A stretch of DNA of 63,838 nt, filler included, from Olpidium bornovanus S191 (taxonomy: Eukaryota; Fungi; Olpidiomycota), in assembly GCA_017911155.1 (NCBI GenBank). It is 30 parts of 30 records of this genome, joined end to end, with 100 filler letters (N's around TTAATTAATTAA, not from the genome) between each part and the next. Parts side by side here need not be neighbours in the genome. Positions count along the whole stretch, not along the records: positions 33,402 to 35,681 come from JAEFCI010009083.1; positions 35,782 to 37,224 come from JAEFCI010006539.1; positions 37,325 to 40,228 come from JAEFCI010009775.1; positions 40,329 to 42,470 come from JAEFCI010002287.1; positions 42,571 to 43,881 come from JAEFCI010009070.1; positions 43,982 to 45,970 come from JAEFCI010011849.1; positions 46,071 to 48,067 come from JAEFCI010001142.1; 23 more parts are not named here. The stretch is one strand, 5' to 3'. Shown here in pieces: positions 33,403 to 46,235 of the stretch. The notes below the pieces were generated by a model, which was given only the letters and a program-made list of their open reading frames with translations, searched no databases and was not told the DNA's origin. Within the stretch, counting starts at the first letter, position 1, and the number at the start of each line of letters is the position of its first letter. Position numbers and translations under genes: made by a program.

Positions 33403-34200
33403 ATGAGGCAGAGGACTGTGGCGGGCAACCTCCTGCCAGAAAATGTTGCGGCCGGCCACCATCGCTGAGGCAACAGCCTCGTTGTCAGTGTGCCGGTACA
33501 CGATGGCCTTCCTGACGGTCGGACAATGCGCCAGGGCCTCGTCCACGATCTTCATTGTAGAAATGATCTTTCCGCCACGCCTGCCCTCGTCTAGCTGCAC
33601 ACGACGTGCAACAGCTGGCGGTATGCAATATTCTGGGAGTGACCAGGTTCGTCCGCTTCGTACAGAATTGCAACCTGCAAATCGTTGGTCGGCGGGCAAT
33701 ATGGGGCGCAGCCAAAAGGAAGGGCTCGGGCGGGCGCGAACGACGCACCTCGTTGGGCTGCTCGAGGGCGCGCCGCTTCCGTCCGAGAACCATGTGAAGT
33801 CGCCGTCGACGAACGAACTGGGGAAAACAGAGATACTTTGAAAGGCGCCGCGGTGATCGAGTATCGGCGTGGACGTCACCGTGTCCCGCAACGCCAGCAT
33901 GCCCCGAAGTCACGATCTTAAACGGCTTCCACCAATGCAGAGGCTTGCGCGCCATTTTTGTGAAATGCAAACCGCATCCGCCCACGTGGGGCCTAGTCAG
34001 AGATTCATCTCAAGTGCGCACCCTTCGGAGGTTGTCGGAGCAGAACGCGAGGACAGAGCCCGCAAACCCGTACGCTTTTCCGGGTGTTTCAGGCTCTCCT
34101 CGTGCATAGACCTGTTCTTCTGCATCGAGTCCAGGTGCGGCTTCGGCCATCACTCCCGCCGTTCCGGGACAGGGACAAGCACCGCCGTTTCCGCATCGCG
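33403..34200 (-). pseudogene. ACS1: Acetyl-CoA synthetase N-terminal region with lesions (pseudogene or misassembly)
   Basis: PKPHLDSM...MHEESLKHPEK; MARKPLHWWKPF..V.SGSFVDGDFTWF; VAILYEADEPG...AYRQLL; DEGRRGGKII..KIVDEAL..CP.VR...VY.HT...GRNIFWQE. In-frame TGA at 34150-52, and conserved blocks missing near 33780 and 33593. Confidence 0.8.
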
Positions 34201-34916
34201 CAGCGGCCGTGAGTAGCTCGTCGTTTAGCGCCGCCCCTCCGGTGCTTCCTCCTCTTCCGATCCTGCAGCGGCCGGTTCTATCCCTGTCCCCGGGCGCGGC
34301 CAAAGTTCTAAATTCAGCAGGGCAGATCGCTGCCAGGACCGCGTGCGTGAGCGGTGGCAAGGACACGACACGGGGCGGCAATTGCTTGCTGACTAGACTG
34401 CCGCCGGTGCCGCTCCGAATTTGGTCAACCGACTGGCGAGATCATGCCTGGCAGGCCTTGCCATGCCAGGGCAACTGGGTCGGTTGGCCGATTCCCGACA
34501 CGCCCACGCACCGACGCCACAATTCGGAACATGAAAACCGTCTTGCGGGCCAAAACTAAATCCTAGGTAAATGCATGCTCCAATCCGAAGCGCGCCAGGC
34601 GCCAGCAAGGCGTAACGAGTTGTCCCGTTCTTGATGTTGGCACCGTCGGGATCTCCCTTCCTTCGGAACGCGCTTGCGCCGTGGGGGGTGGCGGTTTGCT
34701 GGTGGCCGGGCGACCGACGTTCTTCGCTGACCCAGCAGCGTGCTGCCCTTACCCCACCCCTCCTAACCGCACGCCGGCCTATCTCCGCCTCTCCATTCTC
34801 GGCCTTGGTGTCTCCGTTGTCTCCGTTTCGGCGAAAAAAGGTTCGCCTGGAGCCGTCTTGAGCGTGCTGTAGGGCGGTCGAGCAGGTCCGTAAAGTCGCA
34901 CGGTTACCTCGGAATT

Positions 34917-35597
34917 TTGTCTTCGAAGATCTGCCGCCGTCCAAGGATGTTCGCCTGCCCGCGCTCCGGTCCGACGTCACTGGCGGGCAGACAACTGGCT
35001 TTTCCCTTCCGGAAGCTGGTCCGGGGGCGGCAGATTGAACGCTGCCCAATGTCAAGCGGAGGTGCGGAGTCCGCCTTCTCCACTCCAGGGCAGTCTGATA
35101 AAATTCGGGCCATTCCGTTCCAGGTCAGCAAGGCTGAAGCGGAGGCGGTAAGGATGATGGCAGATCGGACGAACGGGGCGCCTTGCAGACCAATCCGGTC
35201 TCAAAGACAATGATGTGTTCAAGTCTTGACCCCCTGTAGGTCTATGACCGCTACCACTCCACGGGCTTACTGGCTGCTTTCCCTGTCGGCCGCATCCGCA
35301 GGGTGGAGGCCAAGTTCCTGCCGTTTTGGTTCGGGAATGCGAAAATCAGGGCCACTGTCAGGAACGCCCAAGTGGTGAGATTTGCAGGCGCGCCGATTTC
35401 GTTTTCTACGCGTCGCGCGTTCTGAGACCGCCCTGTTCGCTTACGCGGGAGCCTATCCGTGCCGGGAACCCTCCGCCACTTACCCTTTTAATTTACCCGA
35501 CCCGGCTTTGCTATTTGCCGCGGAAGGGGTATGACTACCTGGCAACGGAGTACAATCCGAGAACGAAAAGGATGGAATCGCAGTGGAAAACGAAATG
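34917..35597 (+). CDS. Hypothetical multi-exon protein
   Basis: Exon-like blocks SDKIRAIPFQVSKAEAEA (then GTAAGG) and GYDYLATEYNPRTKRMESQWKTKWRQ (then GTACAA). The Arg-rich leader could be a presequence. Confidence 0.3.
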
Positions 35598-35781
35598 GCG
35601 ACAGGTACAACGGGGGGAGAGCGTTGTGAGCACGTACTTCGCCGGGCGGCACTTGGAGATGCAAGGTGATGTTTTGCCATGNNNNNNNNNNNNNNNNNNN
35701 NNNNNNNNNNNNNNNNNNNNNNNNNTTAATTAATTAANNNNNNNNNNNNNNNNNNNNNNNNNNNNNNNNNNNNNNNNNNNN

Positions 35782-36884
35782 CATGCGAAATCTGGGTCAC
35801 GGCGGACTGATCGAGGACCTTTAGCTTCTTCGCAGTTCCGCCGGAAGTTGAAGACGCGAGCATCATTTTCGCGGACCACTTCTCCAGTGTGTCGTTGCGG
35901 AACGCTAGAAAACTGGCGGCAAGCTCAAGGTCAACATCGCCACATCTCGATATACCGGCTTTCAAGCGGAAACGGCACTGGCGTCCGCAAAACGTACTCT
36001 TCGTGAAACGCCTGCAGGTCGCTCCAAACTCCCTCAAGGTATCCCTCGATTTTGTTATGGTTTTCATCACGCTTCCGCTTCCGCTGGCCTTCAAACCCTA
36101 GGGTCTCATTCCGTTCGACCAGCTCTTCTTGCAAGCTTCTGAGGCAGTCGAACAACCCGCGAAGCTCGTCCTTTGCCCCCGCCACAGCTGCCGCCGATTC
36201 TTCTTTCTGCAAGAAGGCAGGTAGCAGGCCAAATGGCGGCAACCGATTCGCGGCGGAGACGACCTTCTGCAGCCGAATCCGCGTGTCAAGCAGCACATCC
36301 CACAAAGATAGCTGCGTGCGGACGTGTCGCCCCTTTTCGATTTCGCTCTGCGCCGATCGGGACATGTTTTGGATGATAGCCCTGTCAAGAGGACGTGGCC
36401 GTCAGTCAGGAACCACAAAACCGATAACTTCTTTCGCTGCCGGCACACGCTGAATCCTCCGGCTTACTGTTCTGCCAGTTCCATCTGTTTCAGCTCCTCA
36501 TTAAAGCCGGGCTCTTGTTGATTTGTATTTCGCCTGCAAGTTCAAGGTCACAAAACCGGCAGACACGTTACTATCAAAAATGATCGACAGGAAAGAGGGA
36601 CACAAGAACCCAGATCCGGAAAGCCAAACCTGTCTGGCACGACCGCACCCAGACAGCACGGCCGACGACCGCTCCCGTGCGCGCAATCTTCCTCACCCTA
36701 CGGGCCCACTACGAGAAGTGGCCGCTGCCCAGTCTTCGTCGTTGTCAGACTCGCTGTGGCCGGAGTCGCTTCCTGCGGCCAGGCCGTCGTCCCTGGCTAC
36801 GCGGAATTCGCTGTCCAGCGGTGCAGGGTTGGCAAGCTCGGCGAGCTGCTCAGCGACGCGCTTCTTCCCTGCGAGCCGAGGCAT
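35782..36884 (-). CDS. BFR2: Bfr2/AATF ribosome-biogenesis protein, N-terminal part
   Basis: MPRLAGKKRVAEQLAELANPAP; EKGRHVRTQLSLWDVLLDTRIRLQKVVSAANRLP; FRNDTLEKWSAK...KLKVLDQSAVTQI. Confidence 0.9.
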
Positions 36885-37341
36885 CGCGCCGTGCTCGGCC
36901 GCTGCCACAGAACGTTGCGGGTGGTCCCGCGCTGTTTTTTTTACCGGCTGACGGCGTCTTTCCTCGTCCACCGGCTGGGCGGCTGGGCGGCTGTTCGGGA
37001 GGCGGCTGCAAGCGACTGGTTTCCTCCGGGCGGGCGCGGTGGGCAAGCGCGGAGAGAGAGCGCGGAGCGAGAGGGACAGAGGAGGGAAGGGCCTGCGAAA
37101 ACGGCGCGCACGATCGGCGCGGGCTGGCTGTCTGGCCTGAACTGGCCGTCGTCGGGCGGCGGCGGTGTGCGTCTCCCCGTTCTCCCCTCCCCCTTTTCTG
37201 GACGGAAAGGCGCAAGACACCATGNNNNNNNNNNNNNNNNNNNNNNNNNNNNNNNNNNNNNNNNNNNNTTAATTAATTAANNNNNNNNNNNNNNNNNNNN
37301 NNNNNNNNNNNNNNNNNNNNNNNNCATGACCGCCTGAGTAG

Positions 37342-38797
<1,456 letters not shown>

Positions 38798-40013
38798 CAG
38801 GTCTTATTTGGCAGGTTCCAAAATGACGAGAACGTGGTTTTCTCATAAAATGCGACAGTGCACGGAAGTCTGGAAGGATTGTCCCAATTGGTTCGTTCCA
38901 AGTACACGATTTCGCAGTGGACGGCGATGCTCTAATCCGTCCGATACCTGTGGGAGTTATCGTGTAGCTTAGAAGGCGCCAAAAAGACGCTTCAGCGCAG
39001 TGGACACCACGGCGCCGGGGCAGGTGTTCATCGTCGTTTATTGGTCGGAGGGAAGACTTTGCCGGGCTCAGTTGGCGTTGGCGAAACGAGAGGCCGCCCG
39101 CCTCGCGCAGAGCGAGTATCCCCGATCGCAAGAGGGATTGGGGCGGCGGGGTAGTCTTTTGGCCTGGCGCACGTGGGGCATTTCGCGTGCCGCGGGGGGG
39201 TACCCGACCCGGCGAGCAGCCAAACCAGGCGCGCGTTCGGGCTCAAGCTCTAGAGCTGCCGCGCGTCCGTATAAACTGCTCGTAGCGCTCCTCTCGCGGG
39301 CATCTGCATGCGGGATGGGGATGGTCCCACGACGAGACGCCTAACCAGGTCTTCCCCCCTCAAAGGTCGAGACGGCTGTTCTGTAAGGTTCTACGTTCGG
39401 CGAACCTTGCCAGTCGTACAAGGGTACACCCGCCAATTTTCCCGGTTTTATGGCCGTGGCTGGTAAGGTAAAACTGCTACCGCCGGGCTCTGCTGGTCGA
39501 CGCCGGCCACGGAGGCCTCCGATTGCCGAGGAGGGCTCCGTGTCCCAGACGGCGGCCGCCTGCAGGCCCGGGGTGATGGGGGGGGCCGCTGGGAGCGGTT
39601 TTCGCCCACTCGTCGCCACATCGACGGGCGGCCGGCCAGCATTTTCCCCAGAAAGCGGTTCCTCTCCAAACCTTCCTACCCGACATTTGGAGTTTTCCCC
39701 GGGGATATACGCGTCTCACGCAGCAACCGGGCACCCCACCTGCCCGTAAAAACGCGCGTTCGGGAAGTCGCGTGTCGAACAACCCCAGCCCCCCGCCGGC
39801 TTTACCATTTTGGTCTGCAAAACCAAAAAAAAAAAAAAAAAAAACATCTGCTTTGGCCCCGTTCAGAGGTAATTCTCGAGCGACGGGGTAAAATTCATCC
39901 CCCTCATTAAACCCCCCCCTTCCCCCCACACCCCACCCGCCCTCCGCGTTCCTCCTTGTTCATCCCCTCTCATCTTTTTCTGGTAATTGATACTTGCCGT
40001 TTGTTCCTGTATT

Positions 40014-40057
<44 letters not shown>

Positions 40058-40328
40058 CTCTGGAGAACACGGTCATTTCCCCCCCCCCCCCTGCCGATTT
40101 GGCAAGGCGCAATTTGGCGCAATCCCCAGACCAGCAAAGGCGCAATCCCCAGACCGCGGAGGGGGGTTTCCGATCAGCAGCGAAAGTGTCCAGCCTTGCT
40201 CCCTCATATAAATTACATTAGATACATGNNNNNNNNNNNNNNNNNNNNNNNNNNNNNNNNNNNNNNNNNNNNTTAATTAATTAANNNNNNNNNNNNNNNN
40301 NNNNNNNNNNNNNNNNNNNNNNNNNNNN

Positions 40329-40421
<93 letters not shown>

Positions 40422-40888
40422 CCGGCCTGCGGAAAACGAGGACGAAGCAGAAGAGGCGAAAAGCAGAGGGCGAAAAGGAAGAGGCGACGCGGATCTCGCG
40501 CCGAAAAGTAAAACAGCGCCTCAAAAGAAAAAAAAAAAACACAAAAAAAAGCGTCGTGCGCGCGTCACGAATGTATTCGCCCCTGGTTGGAGTCTGCTGC
40601 GCGTCGCGCGCGTGCCGTGCCGCCGCGCCCCACCGCCGTCACGCCGCGCCCGGCGCGCCGGGCCCTTCGAGCCGAGCTTTCTGGTGTCTTCCGAGTGCCT
40701 GCCGACCGAGGAGGACAATCCCGGTCGAGCAGCGGTACGCGCGTCAGACTGCGTTTCCGCTGCCGTTGCCGCCCTTCCCGTTGGCAGAGGGGGCAGCCCT
40801 CGGGCGCTTTGAGCAGTGAGCGCCCCTACGGGACCCGCTGGGAATCTGACGTGTTCAATTTTCTTTGTTTTCCTGGTTCTCCGACGCA

Positions 40889-42386
40889 GCCGCGTCGCAA
40901 GCGGGTCTGCGCATCGGGCTTTCGCTCGCGTGCGGCCCGTACTTGTGCCCGCGTGCGCGGCGGATTTCGGCAGGGTGCGCCGCTACGCGACGAGCTCGGT
41001 TCCCTTGCCGCAGCAGCTTCCGACTGATCCGCTTGCCTCGTTGGACGTGTTTCCACGGAGGCACATCGGGCCACGCGCAAAGGATGTTGAGGAAATGCTG
41101 AAGACGTTCGGGCTGACCGAACTGGAGCAGCTCGTGGCGAAAGTTGTGCCCGAGCAGGTCCGGTTGAAACGAGGAGTTGGGGTCTTGGGCAGTATGGCGC
41201 CCGACGGACTCACTGAGAGCGAGTTGCTGACCACGCTGAAAAAGATATCTTCGCAGAACAAGGTACTTCTATTCCAAAGTTGCCGGAGGAGTGGCGGTAA
41301 ACGCCTGACCTGACTTCTGTCCGTTTTTTGGCCCCTCGTTCTCCAGGTTTATCGATCATACATAGGTTGTGGCTACACCAACGTATTGCTGCCTAACGTC
41401 ATCAAACGGAACGTGCTGGAAAACCCTGGCTGGTACACCCAGTAAGTGCGACGATCTTCGGGCCCGTGTTTTCTGTGTGCGGTACGGTAGCGAAACCGCG
41501 TCGTCCAAGCATTGGCGTGTTCCGTGTTGCCATCAAAATGCGAGAACCGCCGATGCTTTGTTCATAGATACACGCCTTACCAGCCAGAAGTTGCTCAGGG
41601 CCGCCTGCTGTCCCTGCTAAACTACCAAACGATGGTGAAGGACCTGACCGGGCTTCCGATCGCGAACGCGTCCCTTTTGGACGAGGGAACCGCAGCTGCC
41701 GAAGCCATGATCATGTGTTACTCGACAGCCAACCGGAAACGTAGCAAGTTTTTTGTCGACGACGCCGTCCACCCCCAGACGTTGGCATGCCTAAGGACGA
41801 GGGCCGAGGGTTTTAAAATTGAGATCGTCTTGGGCAACTGGCGCACGGTCGATTTTGAGCCCATTAAGGATGACCTGGCGGGCGTTATCGTTCAGGTATG
41901 TTCTAAAAGCTGCGTTGTTGCCATTTTCACTGCGTGAGACACGTCTGACGTGGGAACGGGTTACATCTCGCATAGTACCCGAACTCGTACGGGTCGATCG
42001 ACGATTATACCGAATTTGCTCAGCGAGTGCACTCTTACGGCGGTCTTGTCGTCGCGGCAACAGACTTAATGGCGCTCACCCTTCTGAAGCCGCCGGGCGA
42101 GTTCGGCGCGGACATTGCCGTCGGAAGTTCGCAGCGTTTTGGAGTTCCCATGGCCTACGGCGGCCCCCATGCCGCGTTCTTTTCCTGTCGGGAAGACCAG
42201 AGGCGCCGCCTCCCTGGCCGCATCGTCGGCGTCAGCCGCGACGCCGACGGTAAAATGGCTTTGCGACTCAGCCTCCAGACTCGGGAGCAGCACATTAGGC
42301 GAGAGAAGGCGACGAGCAACATATGTACAGCCCAGGTGTTGCTTGCCAACATGGCGGCGCTTTACGCGGTGTTTCACGGTCCTGGT
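40889..42386 (+). CDS. GCV2: Glycine dehydrogenase (glycine cleavage P-protein), N-terminal half; start uncertain
   Basis: FPRRHIGP; [31 protein letters not shown]; [15 protein letters not shown]; [20 protein letters not shown]; [26 protein letters not shown]. Confidence 0.97.
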
Positions 42387-42570
42387 GTAAGCAAACGGTT
42401 GACCGGTCGCTGCGATTGCTGCTGTATGCCACAGTCCTGATTACTCCCTCTTCCCAGGGACTGAAAGCCANNNNNNNNNNNNNNNNNNNNNNNNNNNNNN
42501 NNNNNNNNNNNNNNTTAATTAATTAANNNNNNNNNNNNNNNNNNNNNNNNNNNNNNNNNNNNNNNNNNNN

Positions 42571-43881
42571 CCCAACGACCAGAGGGCAGCCGGAATGTTT
42601 GACTTCCAAAAAGTGCTCAACCAGATCGTTGGCCACGGCCTCCTGGACTTGGTTCGGGTGAAGCAAGCGGCCAGGTGGAGCGTCCGCATGACCTTCCGGA
42701 CGTTTGTCAACCGCTACGGGCCGCTGTTACGTGGCGAGCTCGGCGAGGCGGCCGCCGGCGTGGGCAATCTCAGCCCCATAACAGACACACTTGGAGACCT
42801 GATTCCGCCGAGCCCCCGGCAGCCTGCGGAGCTTTACAGTGTCCAATCGCCCATGAGCATCGACCACTCCGGAGCGGACGAACTTGACGAGAAAAATAAG
42901 GAAGAGGTCGAATCGCTGGTCAAACGCCAAGGGTGGACTGCCGCCGAAGTCCTGGTCGGCCAGCGGACCGTTTTCATCGCAGAGCACGTTTGGCGCGACG
43001 TAGAGGGGTGGCTGAGCCGCCAGGAGGATCCGGAACTTGCCGAGATCTGGAAGGACGGCGCGGCGCAGTCGGACGAGACCGACGCGGCCTCCATCGTCTC
43101 GTGCGAAACGGAGGAAGCGGACGGGGACGACGGTTCGGTCGCGTGCGGCGATTGCGCGGAAACCGGCGAGGAGACTTCCGGCGGCGGTCCGCGGCGAGCC
43201 CGGAAAGACCGCGAGGTGGACCTGGAAAAGGGGATCGACGCGGAGAGGCCGGGCCCCGCCGCGAAACCCGCGGCGGGGGGTCCCGCACGGCGCGCCTGGC
43301 TGCGCGTCGTCCGCGCGTCAACCTTCTGGATTTCGTCGTGCCTCCTCCGAACGCTGGGCGGGATGGGGAGCGAAGACGCCCGGTTGCTGTGGCGGGAAAA
43401 ATTTGCGCTGTGTCTCCTGCTCCTGTTCTTGTGGGCCGCTTCGCTCGTCTTCGTAATCGGCGGTTGGCGCGCGGCGTGCGCGCCGGACGGAGTCTACTCG
43501 GCGTCCGAGATCGCAGAGCACGCGGATGCTTTGTGGATCTCCTGGAACGGGCGCGTTTACGACGTATCGAAGTACGAGCATCCCGGCGGCAGAGCCGGGT
43601 TGCTCAGGTTCGCAGGGGCGGACGCTTCCACCCTTTTCCCCAGGAACGCAACGCAATGCCCGCCAACCACCCGAACGCGGCGGGTGCGTTCGGAAAGAGA
43701 CGGAGAAAGCAGCTCGCAGGGGCTTTCGGCGGTTTGCTCTCGCGGCACCGAAAACCATTGCCATGACACTGAGGCCATCCAGGAAATGATCGCGACAGGA
43801 AAGGTCGCCGTGAAAGAACGAGGCCTCGTCGGCTACACTGTTAAGGAGATCGCAGCGTTAAATAAGGGAACCGGCGCGTTC
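42571..43881 (+). CDS. Myosin-motor chitin synthase (class V/VII-like), internal fragment: motor end, first TMs, cytochrome b5-like domain
   Basis: SVRMTFRTFVNRY...GQRTVFI (myosin C-terminus); RRAWLRVVRASTFWI...LWREKFALCLLLLF; WISWNGRVYDVSKYEHPGG...FAGADASTLFPR. Confidence 0.9.
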
Positions 43882-43981
43882 NNNNNNNNNNNNNNNNNNN
43901 NNNNNNNNNNNNNNNNNNNNNNNNNTTAATTAATTAANNNNNNNNNNNNNNNNNNNNNNNNNNNNNNNNNNNNNNNNNNNN

Positions 43982-44031
<50 letters not shown>

Positions 44032-44090
44032 AGAGACAGAGAGAAAAACATAAAACGGCACCGCCCTTCGTAAAGGGCCCGTGGTTCGCG

Positions 44091-45536
44091 ATGCCAGTGG
44101 ACAGCCTGCCGGGCAACCGGGGCGCCGCCGCCGCCGCCGCCTCGCCGACGACCCGCAAGAAAATGGTCGCCCTGTTCTCGGACGGCGAAGACGACGACGA
44201 CTCCCCCGTCCCGCCGCTCCCGTCCTCCGCCGACGGCTGGCTTTCGCTGTTCGACTCGGAGCCCGCCGGAAGCATTTCCGGGGGCCCGCGCCGGCGCTCT
44301 TTCGGCTGCGACCGGGTGCCTCCGATTGACCGCGGACCCGCGCCGCGGCCGCCTGCGCTGCCCTCGCCGGCGGGCCGGGCGTCCGGCGGGGCCGGCCGCG
44401 ACGCGCCCCTCGCCGAGGCCGCGCGCGCGACGGCGCAGACGTCGTCCAACCAACCCGACAGCGACATGGACCTGGACGGAGACACCGAAGACGACCGGCC
44501 CGGCAGCGCGGCCCCGCTTCCCGGGACGAGAGAGTACTTCGGCGGCGCGTTCGCCGCCGGCGAGCTGCCGCCGCCGCCGCCGCCGCACTCGGGCGCAGCG
44601 GACGCCCGAACGGCGGCGGCGGGCGCGGCCGCCGCCCGGGCGGCCGAGCGGCGAGGCCGCTCATCTGCGGGAGACATCGATAGCCTGCTGGACCGGATCC
44701 TCCCGGGCGGGTCGCAGCTCGAGGCCATCGTGCAGCAGACGCAGATCGCGGAGCTGCAGGAGGAGCTCGAGAATTTGCGGCGCGAGCACGCCGGGTGCGC
44801 CGCGCGGTTGTCTGCAGCGCGCGCCGAGGCCGCTGTGCAGGGGGAGGGGAGGGTTTTGTCGGAAAAGGGGCCGGGCGAGGTCGCGCGCGGGCCGCGGAGC
44901 GCAGACGCCGTCGGCGCGACCGCGGGGCCCCAGCCGGGCGACTGCCGGGATTTGCCCGGTGCTGACCAGGGCGCAGGGAAGTGGAATGCGGACGGCGAGA
45001 AGGCGCGTGACCCGCTTGTCCGCGAGGGCCGGAAGCACGCCGAGGAAATGCGCGCGCTGCGACAACAGTTAGAGGCCGACCGCATCCGGCATCAGGAGGC
45101 CTTGGGCGCACTGCGGGCAGAGCTTGACCGGGCCCGCGGGACGGGTCGCGCCGTCGAGGTCGCCGCCGCCGCCGATGCCCGAGACCGGAAAGCCGCGACG
45201 GTGCTCGAACGCGAAAAGACGCTCCACAAGCAGTACCGGGAGCGCATGGACGCACGGGTCGCGTACCTGGAGATGCAGCTCCGGCTGGCCGAAAGGCGCG
45301 GCGCGGGCTCCGGTCGCGGGACGGTGCTGGACACAGCGAGCGTTCCGCCGGCCGCGAGGAAAAATTCCGGGAGCTCGCCGCGCGGGGAACCCGGTGTCAC
45401 CGCGCCGACGGCGGCTGAGTTCGCTCGGCCGCCGTCGTCCTTCGAGATTTTCGCGTGCCGCTGGTGCCGCTGCCAGATGGCATTCCCGTCGCCGGAGGCG
45501 CTGAAGCGGCACGTCGCGGCGCATTTCGCGGATTGA
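44091..45536 (+). CDS. Intronless 481-aa protein: disordered N-terminus, coiled coil, single C-terminal C2H2 zinc finger
   Basis: Coiled-coil blocks IAELQEELENLRREHA and EEMRALRQQLEADRIRHQEALGALRAELDRAR; terminal F-x-C-x4-C-x3-F-x5-L-x2-H-x3-H. Confidence 0.7.
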   Translation: MPVDSLPGNRGAAAAAASPTTRKKMVALFSDGEDDDDSPVPPLPSSADGWLSLFDSEPAGSISGGPRRRSFGCDRVPPIDRGPAPRPPALPSPAGRASGGAGRDAPLAEAARATAQTSSNQPDSDMDLDGDTEDDRPGSAAPLPGTREYFGGAFAAGELPPPPPPHSGAADARTAAAGAAAARAAERRGRSSAGDIDSLLDRILPGGSQLEAIVQQTQIAELQEELENLRREHAGCAARLSAARAEAAVQGEGRVLSEKGPGEVARGPRSADAVGATAGPQPGDCRDLPGADQGAGKWNADGEKARDPLVREGRKHAEEMRALRQQLEADRIRHQEALGALRAELDRARGTGRAVEVAAAADARDRKAATVLEREKTLHKQYRERMDARVAYLEMQLRLAERRGAGSGRGTVLDTASVPPAARKNSGSSPRGEPGVTAPTAAEFARPPSSFEIFACRWCRCQMAFPSPEALKRHVAAHFAD

Positions 45537-45914
45537 CGCGCGGGCGTCTCGGCCGAGCGCTGGTCGGCCCGCCCCGACCTCTGGCCTCTGGCACCCTCCC
45601 GCGGAGCGCCTTGCCGTTTCCGTCCCTCAGCACCCTAATTTCTCGGCCGCCTCTCGCCCTTGATCCATATACCTCCGGATGTCACGTACGCATCCCCTCT
45701 ACAACGCCTACTCCTTAATGCATCTGTTTCGTTGTTTGTTTCCGCTACTTTCAAGCAAGTCCCGGTTCGCCGTATTTGACATACGCATTTTTTTGACACG
45801 CACAGCGAGCAGCATAAGTAAACTAGAGGAAGCCAAAGCCTGGCATAGTGCCAGACATCGACCATATGGTAGAAAGTGCTTGGTGGGGTGGGAGCGAATG
45901 GGGAGGGGGGGGGT

Positions 45915-45970
<56 letters not shown>

Positions 45971-46235
45971 NNNNNNNNNNNNNNNNNNNNNNNNNNNNNN
46001 NNNNNNNNNNNNNNTTAATTAATTAANNNNNNNNNNNNNNNNNNNNNNNNNNNNNNNNNNNNNNNNNNNNCATGCAACGTTTTTAGAAAGGACATTTGCT
46101 TATTGCAGTGGTGACGGGCAGGTCGACCGTCCTCTTCGTAAATACCCAAAAAAGTATCCGCTGGCCCGCGCGATTTCCAATAAAAAGGGCCGTGACGCTT
46201 CAACCGGAGCAAAAAAAACATCCGGACGTCCGTCT

